A stretch of DNA of 41,723 nt, taken from Jimgerdemannia flammicorona (lineage: Eukaryota). Below are positions 24,782 to 36,635 of the stretch, in pieces. A model generated the notes under the pieces. The model searched no databases. It saw only the letters and a program-made list of their open reading frames with translations, and had not been told where the DNA came from. Each line of letters starts with the position of its first letter. The first letter of the stretch is position 1. The DNA lies in contig RBNJ01000100.1 in NCBI GenBank assembly GCA_003990765.1, positions 1 to 41,723 on the forward strand, given 5' to 3'. A program made the position numbers and the translations under genes.

Positions 24782-26148
24782 TATAATGTACTGGCTCAAT
24801 GGAGGCAAATTACAAGGTTGGGGATTGATGTAATTTGGCTTGAGCCCCCAGTTACTTTGTCAAAAAGCAATAAAATGTTCTAAGGTTTCTGAGGTCCTTG
24901 GTATTTGGTGATATAATAGTCAATCTGGATATCTGTGAGCGGTTTCCTTATTGGGATAGTTCTTTGAGTGTAGCAGCGATTTGTGTGTGAATAGACTTCC
25001 TTCTTGGGTCAACTGGGAATGGTACAATTTTGTATAGCAAGGTAATTTCCAAAAGTATGTGATTTCTGGGTGACGGTCTTGATGTGGTGATCTTTGTGTA
25101 GTACAATGATCTCCTTGTATGTGATGGTCTGGCAATTTAGCAGTTCTCCTTATGCAGATTTGGCGGATAACTCAATTTGACTCATTGGGAACAATGAACA
25201 ACTCAGACAGCATGAATCGGGTTCCTCTGGGAATAATAACTCAGGTGGCACGGGTTCTCTGGGAATGCAGATAACTCAAAAATGGCAGATAATGCAGATT
25301 CTTCCTGAATCGGCAGACTTCTTGGAAATGGTGACTTCAACTGGGAATTAACTTAGATGGCACAGATTCTTCTAAATCAGTGGCTTCAACTGGGAATATG
25401 GCAGATAACTTGGAGATGGCAGATGATGCAGATTCTTTCTGAATCAGTGGGTTTCTGAGAAATAACTCAGATTCTTAGTAAGTTACATCAAAGACTGGCT
25501 TCATTTGCACGGGGTTACATCATAGACTGGCTCCACTGCGAAGTTGCATCAGAAAGACTGACTTGTGGTAAGAAAGGCGGGCTCTTCTGGGGATATGGTG
25601 GATAACTGGGAAATGGCAGTGAAGTTCTTCCTTGAACTTGGCAGCAAACTGGGATTCTTCAGGCTTATCTGGCAAGCAACCCAAAAATGAACTCATTCTT
25701 TGTATCAGAAAGTGGACCAGAGTGAAAAGGGGAAATAAGCTCACAATCTCCTAGTAGTGGCTGTAGAGTTTCTCTCGAAGTGTGGTAGGCAGACTTGTCT
25801 TTTGTTTCAATTTTGGACTTTTCAAACTGAGGTTTATTCACTCTTATCTCTGGGGTAATTTATACAAGTTGGTTGCTATCTGGTTACTATGTGGCTAACT
25901 ATAGATCTGCTACTTATGGTAGGTATACAGAGTCTGTACGGTGTACAGGACCTGTACAGTGTACAGAGTCTGTATGGTGTACAGAGTCTGTACAGGTAAA
26001 CAGACCCTTTCTGGTATCTCTGGCTATTTATACAGTTTTCCATAGCAATGGTTACTAGTTACTATGCTGTGTGTTCGCATTATCTTGCCTAATTGTTTAT
26101 ATCATCTAGTTAAGATATAATTCAGGTGATACATTTTGGTTTATTACA
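24782..26148 (-). repeat. Element B 3' LTR (1367 bp)
   Basis: Direct repeat of 33743-35144. Preceded on the - strand by the purine-rich AGTGGGGGCTGA (26149-26160, PPT). Confidence 0.93.
25923..25994. repeat. Four 18-bp palindromic tandem units in the B 3' LTR
   Basis: Consensus GTGTACAGAGTCTGTACA. Confidence 0.9.
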
Positions 26149-26187
26149 TCAGCCCCCACTGAAGAGTAGTCTGTCTCAGACTATTCT

Positions 26188-26703
26188 TCAGTTATCATCC
26201 CAATAAGCATAGGCTGCTTCTGCATCTATACCTGTTCCATCATCTTCATTATCTGTACTGGGGTTACTCCATTCTATGGGCTCTTCTTCTTCTTCAGAGA
26301 ATAGGATTTCAGCAGAGTTGATGATGCTCAAATAGGTAACAGAGTTCATTCCTTGAATATCATTCAGAGAGAATTGTGCCTATGTTAGGGCTGTGACATT
26401 TCGTTTATAAATGGTGTATAGTCTGTCTGCAGCAGTAGTGTCTCTTCTGGTCAGACCTGTGGTGTTCCTGATGTAGGTCTGTTCTGGGGCTGGGAGGTTC
26501 TGCAATTGTTCACTGATTGCATAATAGGCCTACAGTTGGTGGACTTGTAGTAGGCATCTGGCCAAGGTGAGATTTTCTTGATGAGCTTGGATCCTTTGAA
26601 GAGGGCTTCTATTGGCTTGGCCAAATTGGGGTAGTGGGACTGGTAGGGCTTGGAAGAAGCTGAGGACCAATGTCTAGAGGTGCTGATCAATTCTTTGGCT
26701 CAT
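26188..26703 (-). pseudogene. Element B accessory ORF3 (~171 aa, three TAG stops), unknown function
   Basis: Manual translation: MSQRIDQHL*TLVLSFFQALPVPLP...QVHQL*AYYAISEQL...AADRLYTIY...EEEEEPIEW...WDDN*. Lies between integrase and PPT. Absent from the ORF track. Confidence 0.78.
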
Positions 26704-29700
26704 GGTGTAGAGGGGAAATATAGTTTGAGGTGATTGATGTGTACTGGTGTTCTCAGGATTCGTCCATCTATGCTTCTTAAATAGATGCTGGTTCCTCTGA
26801 TATTGTATACAAGATAAGGTCCTTCCCATTTTGGTTCTAGTTTGGCAGCAAAGTTTGTCTCAATCATGCTTCTCCAAACTAGGACTTGATCTCCAATCTT
26901 GATCTCCTGATCCTTCTATTTTTGGTTATAGTACTTCTTTTGTCTTTCCTGGGCTTTGATAATCTGTCCTTGGGCTTGATTTCATAACTGTTCTGCCTTC
27001 TTAAGGAGGTCTTCAAGATTCTCATGGTCAGCAGTTCTGGTTCTCTTGGCAAACATCATTTCGAATGGCTTTTGTTTGGTGGATGTGGCAGGGGTATTCT
27101 GAATTTCCCATAGGATCTCAGGTAAGCAGAGATCCCAATTAGTATAATTGACTCAAGCAAGTCCTTTCTTGATGGTCTGATTTATTCTCTCTGTCATGCC
27201 ATTAGTCTGAGGGTGGTATGATGTGGTCCTTTTGAGGTGAATCTTGTGAATTTGGGCATAACTTGTGATTATGTTGTTGATGAATTCCATGCCTCGGTCA
27301 GAGATGAGTTCTTCTGGAGGTCTATATCTGAGTGTGAGTCCATTGAGGAGGCCTACAATAGTTAAGACATCTGCAATTTCCATTGGAAAAGCCTCGGACC
27401 ACTTAGTCAGATGTTCTATAAATACAAGGATATATTTATTTCTTCTTGATATAACTGGTAGAGGTCCAATTACATCTACTTCCCATCTTTGAAAGATGTG
27501 AGTGAGTGGGGGAATTAGTTGCAGAGGGGCTTGATAGTTCTTCTTTCCTTAGTACTTCTGGCAGATGTCACATTTCTGAATAATGTCCCAGACTTAAGTT
27601 CTAAGGTGGGGTCAATGTTGATATTGTTTTCGAATCTTGTCTTCTGTACTTGTCTGTCCTTGGTGGGCTTTTTGATATTCTTGTCAGATGAGATCTTCTT
27701 ATTCCTTGATGGTCTGAGGAGCTTCCTTTAGGGTGTGGTTCCTCAGGACACCCTTCTTCTGATTCATTGGGGCTGGCGGAAAAGTACATCAACATTGTTG
27801 TGGGCTTTCCCTGCTTTGTGAATGATGGTGATTTTGTAATCCTGAAGGATAAGGATCCAGCGGGCTAGGATTCTGACAGGTTCCTTGTGGTTAAATAGCC
27901 ATTTGAGGGCTGCATGGTCTGTGATCAGAGTGAACCTTTTTTCAATAAGGTAATGCTTGAACAGGGTAACTGCCCATATGACTGCAAGGCATTCCAGTTT
28001 AGTGCTACCATAGTTCATCTGCTGCTGGTTGGTAGCTCTGCTTGCATAAGCTATCACATAGTGCTGTTGATCAGGTCCTTCTTGGGACAGTACTGCCCTG
28101 AGGCTATCTTTAGAAGCATCTGTATACAAAATGAATGGCTTCTGTAGATTGGGGTGCACAAGGATTGGTGCTGTAGTCATGCGGTTCTTGAGTTCTCTAA
28201 AGGCTTTTTCCTGTGATTCTGTCCATTTGAATGGCACTCCTTTCTTGAGAAGGATTCGGATTGGGGCAGCGATTTGGGCAAAATCTTTGATAAACCTTCT
28301 GTAGTAGGATACTAGTATCAAGAATGATAGTGTTTCCTTTAGAGTCTTGGGTACCAGCCAATTGTTGATCTTCTTGGGTTTCTTTGGGTCTGCATGAGTT
28401 CCTTCTTTTAAAACCATGAATCCCAGGAATTTGAGTTTCTGTTTTCCAAAGTAGCATTTCTTTACATTTAGTCTCAAGTGATTCTTGCAGGTGAGCTTGA
28501 AGAATTCCTCTAGGTGGTGCAGGTGTTCTTCGAAATTTGCTGAATAGATGTTGGAATCATCCATGTATACAATCAGACAGTAGTGGATCAAGGGGGCATA
28601 GACTGAATTCATCATCCTCTGGAAGGTGGGGGGTGCATTGCAAAGTCCAAAGGGCATTCGGAGATATTCAAACAGTTTTCCTAGAGCAAGGAAGGCTGTC
28701 TTTTGAATGTCCTTGGGGTCCATGGGGATCTCATGGAATCCTGCGAAGAGGTCCATACTGCTGAAGTATCTGGCATCTTGTAACTGGTCCAAAAGGTCAT
28801 CGATTCTGGGCAAAGGATAAGCATCCTTTTTAGTGACTGAGTTGAGTTTTCTGTAATCCACACAAAGTCTCCATCCTTCTTTCTTTGGTACAATAAGTAT
28901 AGGGCTGGCCCAGGGGCTGGTAGAGGGTCAGATGACTCTATTGTCTAAGAGTTCTTGGATGTGCTCCTTTTCAAATGTTTTTAAGTGATGGGGTATTCTA
29001 TAGGGTTTCTGCCAGATGGGTATTACACTTCCTGTATTTATGCTGTGGTGATATAATGGATTGTATGGCAGGTTGCCATAATCAGTGGTGAAGATATCTT
29101 GATATTTGTTGAGAAGTTCTACTAGTTGTTGCTGTTGTTGAGATGTCAATTCTTCTCCAATGTTGGTGGAAGGCTTCACTGTCTCCTGGGTCACAGAGGG
29201 GCCTTTCCTTTCTTCTGGGACCTTTTGCCATTTCCCAGTAGGTTTAGTTCATAAACTTCCCTATGAGTTTGGTTGAGAAAAGGCACCAGATGTCCTATGA
29301 TGGTTCCTTTTGGCAAGATGATGGTCTCCCAACTTTGGTTGGTTCCTCAGGAGTGTACTGAATTCATCTTGTCAGGGAATGTGTGTCCCTCTATGTCCAG
29401 GTGTGGGATATCTTTCTTGGGCTCAAAGAAAAGGTTTCTGAGATCAGGTGGTGCAAAGATTTCGAATGTGGTTTGTTCTCCAGGCTCCAGGATGAGATTC
29501 TTGTGCAATCTGACTGGTTGCCGGTATACTTGCTGGGGAACATTCCTCTTGAGATGGTTGACTTGAAGGAGATGTACCTCTTTTCTGTCTGAACTTCCAA
29601 ATCCCTTGGCTTGTCTTGTTCCTTTGGTTAGTTCAGAGACTTCCTATAACTGTGGGGTCTTGACCTTCATGAAGACTGCTTGGGAAATCTTCTGTCCTCT

Positions 29701-32700
29701 AATGATTCGGTACCATTCTACACTGCTGTTGTATAGGATAACCTTGATTTTGCCTATATATCCAGGGTCAATGGTTCCTCCTTCTACAGTTACCCCTTGT
29801 CTGGCAAGTCCAGACCTTGAGGTCAGTTGAATATAAGCTCCTTGAGGTGGCTGCATGACTAATCTAGTTCTAACCATAAAGGTTTTTTCAGGCTTGATAG
29901 ATTTATCCTCCAGGCTGTGAAGATCATATCCTACATCCTCTGGATGGGCTTTGGTCAGGGATTTGGCCTTAGGGTACAGCAGGGTATACTGGGCAATGTC
30001 CTTGCTGAGTTCAGATTTTCCTAAGGCTGAAGCTCCACTAGCGGAAAGCCTCCAAGCTCTAAGGTTGAGGTGTGGCCATCTGGCTCCAGTAGAGGGGTCT
30101 CAGAGGTAATTGATTCCCCTCCTTCCTATAGGGTCAAGGGCTTCCATGAAGTTGGTGGCATCTTCTGCCCATCCTTGGTAGGTTGCATATCTGATGTGAG
30201 CTAGGATGTCTTCTCTCAAATCATAGATCTTGAGAATTCTTTTTCCAGACTTCTTGGTCTGGTTTTTTTGAATCTGACTTTTTCAGATCTGACTTCAGTT
30301 ATCTCCTTTCTTCAAGGTGTGCACTACAATATCATGACTGAGGTGAATCTTCTGATGTCTGCAGTCTCGGCAGTCAGGGTGTCTCCCATGGTTGCAGTAT
30401 CCCATTGCTCAGAAATGATATTCCCGGCTATTTATCTCTTATTGTCTTGGGAATCAGTACCCATCTTGATCATAGGTTGGGGGAAGAGTAGACAAGGGGT
30501 ATATTTCTGTTCGGGTAAAGAAGCCTTGTCCTCTAAATTGACTTTGTAATCTTGTGGTGACTTCTTGAAAGGTGGTAGACTGTGCAAGAGTAGTTGGGGG
30601 TTCTGGTCTCTGGGGTCTCTGTCTTTCTTGTTGGTCCAACAGATGACACTGATAGCAGTAGTCTTGGGGAGAGTGGAAGACCATTTGATGTAGACATCTT
30701 CTTAGCCAGAAAGCTTTCTCTTAGTGGGTTTCTTTCTTAGAGATAATGGTGATAGTACTGGGTCCTTCCTCTGTATTCCAGGGGTCATTATCTTCAGGTG
30801 GTATCCAGCGAGGGTCATCTCAGGGGATGAGTTCGGGGACTTCTTCTTCATCAGGTGCTTCTTGTTCAGGAACTTCTTGGTCGGAAGTTTCTTCTTCCTC
30901 AGATGATTCTTGACCCCAAATTGCTTGTACTTCTGCAGCCTCGGTTACAGATGTTTCTGGGACATGTCTGCATTTCTTCTTCTTTCTTCTGTACTCTGGG
31001 CAGGCTGTGCCAGGTGATTTCCTTGTTCCCATGATCTTGGAGGAGTACTCAGGACACTTGTATCTCTTGAGGCATGTAGGGCATCCTTTGGCTTCTCCTA
31101 CAATGGCTCCAATAGTAATAGGGATAGTGTTTTTGGCCCACACATTATCTTCTGGTCTGTCATCCACCAGATTGATTTGGAGATTGAGTCTGGGATCATT
31201 TCCATCTTCAGATTCTTCCTCTTCTTCTGTGGTGGATTCTTCACTGCTAGCATATTCTTCCTGAATAGTGACCTTCTTTTTCTTCTTTGATTGCTATAAC
31301 TGGTCACCTTAACTCTGTACTTCTTACCTCAGTAGTCAAACTTGAGTACTTGTTGGTCGATATCAACAACTGCATTCATTTCCTTCATCCAGTTGGTGCC
31401 AAGAATCAAGTCATAGGTGACAGCTTCAGTGATAATAGCTTTGGGGATAGAGAACTGAATGTGTCCAAGGGAGATGGTGATGTTTCATACTTCTCCAAGG
31501 GGTTGAGTTCAGGTTCCATCTGCTACTATGATGCTGAGGTTGGATGGTCCATCAATGGGCCATTGGAGGGTGTCCAAGAATCATTTGGCAATAACATAGA
31601 CAGCTACTCCTGTATCTATGAGGATTTTTGATTTTTGTCCTCCAATGTCTCTATGTAAGTAGGTGCTGACATGTCTTTCAGCTGCTTGGATAGGGATAGA
31701 GGCTGGTTCTTGCTGTGGGATTGGAACTTGGCCAGTGCTAGACCTGGTGGTTCTCAGCAATTTGTTTCAGACCCCAGCTGGTATCAGTTGCAAGAACTGC
31801 AGGAGAGGAACTTCCATCTTGGCTTCTTGAATCTTCTGCCAGGCTTCATTGTAAATATCTCTAGACATGGTCTTTGGAGTGTACTTTTTCTTAGGCTTTG
31901 GAGCAGTAGGTTCCCATTCTTCTTGTTCCATTTCTTCATCTTCTGGTGGCAACTCGTTTGTCTTGGGGACAAAAGGTGAGGGGGTTCGGGGAGGTGTTTC
32001 TACTTGTTCTTTCTCATGTTCTTCATTCTCTTCTTGAATAATTCTTCTGCTGATATTCCTGGATGGTCTTCCTACAGGTCTCTTTCTTTTCTCTGCTGGA
32101 TAGACTGTCTTCCAGGTTGTAACCTTGGTAGGGTACAAGTCTAGGTCACTGTAGTCTTCACTGTTGCTTGCTTCCTCGAAATCTTCAACAGGATGGGCTT
32201 CAGTCTTCTTATACTGGGTGTCATTCCTTCAGTTTGGTGATTCTGAGTCCCTTTGGTCACTTCTTTTGTTGTCACATTCAGTGGCATAGTGTCCAAATTG
32301 TCCACAGTGGAAGCATTAGACTTGGGCTCTGTCTTGGATAGGGTACCTTCTTTCTTCTTGCTGGTAATTCTTGTTATCTCTTAGTGGATAACCTTGGCTC
32401 CTCTGTGGTGGATATCCTCTGTTGTCTTGGTAGCTCCGATTTTCATATATAGTGAGTTTTTCAATCTGGCCAACCAATTGGTCTAACTTGGAGCTGAGGT
32501 CTTGGATTTCACTTCTGTCCTTCTTTCCTTCCTTGGCTGACCTTCTTTCTTCAGATCTTTCTTGTTCTTAAAGGAGTCCTTGTAGGGCTTTAACCAGGAT
32601 ATCTTCCTTATCTTCCTTCTTGTCATGATCACTCCAGGTAGTTCCTTGCCTGACATTAAAGAATCCTTGGGCTGCATCTACTTGCTCTTCAGACCTTCTG

Positions 32701-33710
32701 ATGCCTAAGGTGTGGACATGCTGGGCAATATTCAGGGGAATTTCATTCATGAAGGTCATTGGGCCTATGATGTCCTGGTTGGTGGCATTGAACCCGGCAG
32801 AATGCATTCTCTTCTGGATTCTTGTGAAGAAGGCTCTGGGTGATTCTCCAAGATTCATCTTCATCTCCATGATGGATTTCTGAGCCTTGTGGTGGGTTTC
32901 ATTTCCTGCATACTTTTCAATGAGCCAGTGGACCATGGCCTCATATTCTAGCTCATCAGACATTGCTGCTTATATCTGTCTTGCTAGTTCTGAATCTCGG
33001 TTGTTTGCTATTTGATAGAAAATTCCTCTGGCTGGTTCTCTGAGCTAGGCTTTGTAGATGGCAATTTTTCTTTCATCCGAGAGGTTTCTCAAGGCTGCAA
33101 TTCCTTCAATTCCATCAAGGAATTCTCTGGGGTTCTCCTCTGGGTACCCTGCAAAGGTTAGCAATGAGGTGGCTATTTTGTTATCACTTTCTTCTGATTC
33201 TGGTTCAGGTTCGGATTCTGATTCTGATTCACTTTCTGAACTGTCACTAGAGATGGGGGTGCTTGGGTATCTTGAAGATGGTGTTCTGGTCCTTGGGTAA
33301 GATGGAATAGGCCTAGGTATTCTTGTAGGAGCTACCTCTGATTCAGCAAGGGGTTGTGGTAGGGGTTCTATTGGTGAAATTGGTGGAACTGGTGTGGGGT
33401 GTCTGGCTGTAAAGTGTTGGGTCCAGGTAATAAAGTCTTCTAGTTCTTGTGCAAGTTCTCCAAAAACTCTAACAGGGCTGCCTGTATTGTCTGGTTGATC
33501 TGGTTGATCTGGTTGGGGATTTCAGGCTGTACTACCTCTTGCTTCTGGTTGGGATCCTTCTGATGCTGGGTAGTTGGCAAGTCTTGAAGTGATTACTTCT
33601 CTTCCTGTCCAAATGCTAGTGATGACTGGTTCTCCTATAGTGGCAGAGGTTGGTGTTGTATCAAATATATCCAGTTTGACTGTGGGTTCTTGTGAGCTAA
33701 AAAGTCACAT
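26700..33710 (-). pseudogene. Element B gag-pol (degenerate)
   Basis: Gag knuckle CFHCGQFGHYATEC (~32275-32316). Protease LIDTG (~31615). RT DYRKLN, MPFGLCNAP and YMDD. RNase H TDAS. Integrase ISDRG, YHPQTNG and WEGPY. Confidence 0.93.
29588..29995 (-). pseudogene. dut: Trimeric dUTPase domain between protease and RT of element B
   Basis: Motifs DVGYDL, SRSGLA, GTIDPGYIGKI, KISQ, RQAKGFGSS. Confidence 0.93.
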
Positions 33711-33722
33711 TGATTTAAAATC

Positions 33723-33740
33723 TTCCCAGTTGAGCCCCCA
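33723..33740 (-). promoter_or_regulatory. Primer-binding site, tRNA-Pro type
   Basis: TGGGGGCTCAACTGGGAA begins 2 nt after the 5' LTR. Resembles the tRNA-Pro PBS TGGGGGCTCGTCCGGGAT once CpG decay is allowed for. Confidence 0.8.
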
Positions 33741-33742
33741 AA

Positions 33743-35144
33743 TGTAACATGCTGGCTCAATGGAGGCAAATTATAAGGTTGGGGGTTGATGTAGTTTGGC
33801 TTGAGCCCTCAGTTACTTTATTAAAAAGCAACAAAATGTTTTAAGGTACCTGAGGTCCTTGGTGTTTGGTGGTATAATAGTCAATCTAGATATCTGCGAG
33901 CAGTTTCCTTATTGGGATGGTTCTCTGAGTATAGTGGTAATTTGTATGTGAATGGACTTCCTTCTTGGGTCAACTGGGAATGGTACAATTTTGTGTAGCA
34001 AGGTAATTTCCAAAAGTATGTGATTTCTGGGTGACAGTCTTGATGTGGCAATCTTTGTGTAGTGTGATGATCTCCTTATACATGATGGTCTGGCAATTTA
34101 GCAGTTCTCCTTATATGGATTTGGTAGATAACTCAATTTGGCTCACTGGGAACAATGAACAACTTGGATGGCATGAATCAGGCTCCTCTGGGAACAATAA
34201 CTTGGGTGGTGCAGGTTCTCTGAGAATGCAGATAACTTGAAAACAGTAGATGATGCAGATTCTTCCTGAATCAGTAGACTTCTTGGAAACAGCGACTTCA
34301 ACTGGGAATTAACTTGGATGGTGCAGATTCTTCTAAATCGGCAGCTTCAACTGGGAATATAGCAGATAACTTGGAGATAGCAGATGATGTGGATTCTTCC
34401 TGAATCAGTGGGTTTCTGGGAAATAACTTGGATTCTTAGCAAGTTATGTCAAAGACTGGCTTCATTTATATGGGATTACATCATAGACTGGCTCCACTGC
34501 GAAGTTGCATCAGAAAGACTGGCTTGTGGCAAGAAAGGTGGGCTCTTCTGGAGATATGGCAGATAACTGGAAAATGGCAGTGAAGTTCTTTCTTGAACTT
34601 GGCAGCAAACTGGGATTCTTCAGGCTTATCTGGCAAGTGAACCAAAAACAAACTCATTCTTTGTATTGGAAAGTGGACTGGAGTGGAAAGGGGAAATAAG
34701 CTCACAATCTCCTAGCAGTGGCTGTAGAGTTCCTCTCAAAGTGTGGTAGGCAGACTTGCCTTTTGCTTCAATTTCGGACTTTTCGGACTGAGGTTTATTC
34801 ACTCTTATCTTGGGGTAATTTATACAAATTGGTTGCTATCTGGTTACTATGTGGCTAACTATAGATCTGCTACTTATGGCAGGTGTACAGAGTCTGTATG
34901 GTGTACAGGACCTGTACAGTGTACAGAGTCTGTATGGTGTACAGAGTCTGTACAGTGTACAGAGTCTGTATGGTGTACAGAGTCTGTACAGGTAAACAGA
35001 CCCTTTCTGGTATCTCTGGCTATTTATACAGTTTTCCACAGCAATGGTTGCTGGTTATTATGCTATGTATTCACATCATCTTGCCTAATTGTTCATGTCA
35101 TCTGGTTAAGATATAATTCAGGTGATATGTTTTGGTTTGTCACA
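33743..35144 (-). repeat. Element B 5' LTR (1402 bp)
   Basis: TGTGACAA...GTTACA on the - strand. TATAAATA at 35021-35028. Confidence 0.93.
34883..34990. repeat. Six 18-bp palindromic tandem units in the B 5' LTR
   Basis: Same unit as 25923-25994, with two extra copies. Confidence 0.9.
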
Positions 35145-35276
35145 ATACTAAAATAGTTTATTTGGTAAACAAATAAATACTTTACAAATTGGCTCTGAAA
35201 AATAATTATCTAAATAATTACCATACAAATACACAGATACCTCTCCCTCAAAACAAAACTAAGATATAAATAAATT

Positions 35277-35975
35277 ATGTCCATACCTTCTGAATATGTC
35301 TATGAAGTCCTTTGAGAAGTAGTTTTTGATCACCAACACTAGTATAATTGAGAATATATTAATCTTGATACTTATGATATAAAGTAGTTTTTACAAGCTA
35401 TTGATGAAATTGCTACAAGAATACAATTAATCATAAGACACTTTCAAACTACCAAGCTAATAGACTCCTAGTAAACAGTGGCTTGACCCTATCAGAGGTT
35501 ATAGATGAATACAATATCTCTATTTTCAGACAGCATATTTTAGTTTATACCTACTAATTACTCTGAGGAATACCCTATACTATTAGTAGTATAAGAGGAG
35601 TAACTCCAGCCAAAATTGAAAGTCTTAGTGATCAATTAACAAGTCAAATTGAGCTAGACCTTATAAATGACTTTAATCTACAAAAGTATCATAATGATAA
35701 TGTATAGCTATATAAGAATAAAGTCTTCAATAGACTCATTAGTCTATTTCAAGTATATACTTACTTCTCAGATTCAGATATATATGAATGTCTGGCTATA
35801 GAGAATTCCTATACTATTCAATGTAAGGCTAGCCTCACCAATATCTATATCATCATCTATGATTACTAGATCAGAACTAGACTCTGATGAGTCTAGTACT
35901 ATATCATCTGGGTCTAAGACTCTGAAAGAAGTCTTATCTCCTTTCAAAGAAGTCTGTTACTATCTCATAATGTAA
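35277..35975 (+). pseudogene. ORF inside solo LTR D, homologous to the element A ORF3 (stops plus two frameshifts)
   Basis: MSIPSEYVY..EYINLDTYDIK / NYQANRLL..LSEVIDEY..RQHILVYTY*LL*GIPYTISSIRGVTPAKIESLSD. Confidence 0.6.
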
Positions 35976-36635
35976 TACATTATATCACAAAGTCTTAGTT
36001 GAAAATCTAGAACATTACTTCATAAATAGTACATAAAAATGATATCATTAAATAGCATTATTATAACTTCATGATAATACTATTATAATGTAACTTTTAT
36101 ATCATTCTTAAGTGACTTTTTGTCTTATATCTTTTAGCCAATAGTCAGTCAATATATAAAGTCTTTAAAATGTATAAATACCCCTAAGTAAGCAACTCAA
36201 TAAAGGACAGAATATTTACAGAACATTTAATCTAAAAAGGAAAACAATTAAGACTTAAAAAGTCTATAATATATAGATAAGTCCCTAAATAATTTAAACT
36301 AAAAAAGACTACATCTAAAAATATATATCCTGAACTTTATAAATACTTGAACTCTAAAGAATCTAAATATAATTCTCAGAACCTGACTATATCTAAAAAA
36401 GATATACTAAAAGACTTAGACTTTAAAGAATTAAAGTCTGTAATTGCTAAATTGTTATCTAAGTCTATCAGAAGGAGACTAGATCAATTAGAAGTACAAT
36501 AGACAGTACTTAGGTATTAAAACAGCTACTTCCTCAAGCTACAGATATCTGACATAAGTGTCTTTAAGTTATTGATATTAAGAATCATTAATTTAAAGAA
36601 TGTAATTACCATAACAGTAAAGATATACTATTACA

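Larger units (their letters stand above)
24782..35144 (-). mobile_element. Full-length non-chromoviral Ty3/Gypsy element B (10363 bp), with dUTPase and a 3' accessory ORF
   Basis: Paired ~1.4-kb LTRs. 4-bp TSD ATAC (24778-24781 / 35145-35148). PBS and PPT present. Order gag-PR-spacer-dUT-RT-RH-IN. Confidence 0.95.
24330..36635 (+). mobile_element. Solo LTR D (~1.94 kb: 24330-24781 plus 35149-36635), split by Gypsy B
   Basis: Begins TATA (decayed TG..), ends TATTACA. TSD AAAAT (24325-24329) / AAGAT (36636-36640). Removing it restores the transposase frame. Internal ORF and TATAAATA near 36173. Confidence 0.7.

Noticed and set aside
26451-26690. 79-aa track ORF as the real product downstream of integrase
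   Set aside because: The alternative frame from ATG 26703 is the one resembling the C ORF. This frame would matter only if the TGA is a decayed CGA.
34883-34990. CRISPR-like array
   Set aside because: Contiguous 18-bp tandem units with no unique spacers, inside a eukaryotic LTR, and no cas genes.
34743-35156. Cys-rich repeat proteins (CTESVW / YRVCMV)
   Set aside because: Translation artefacts of the 18-bp tandem array.
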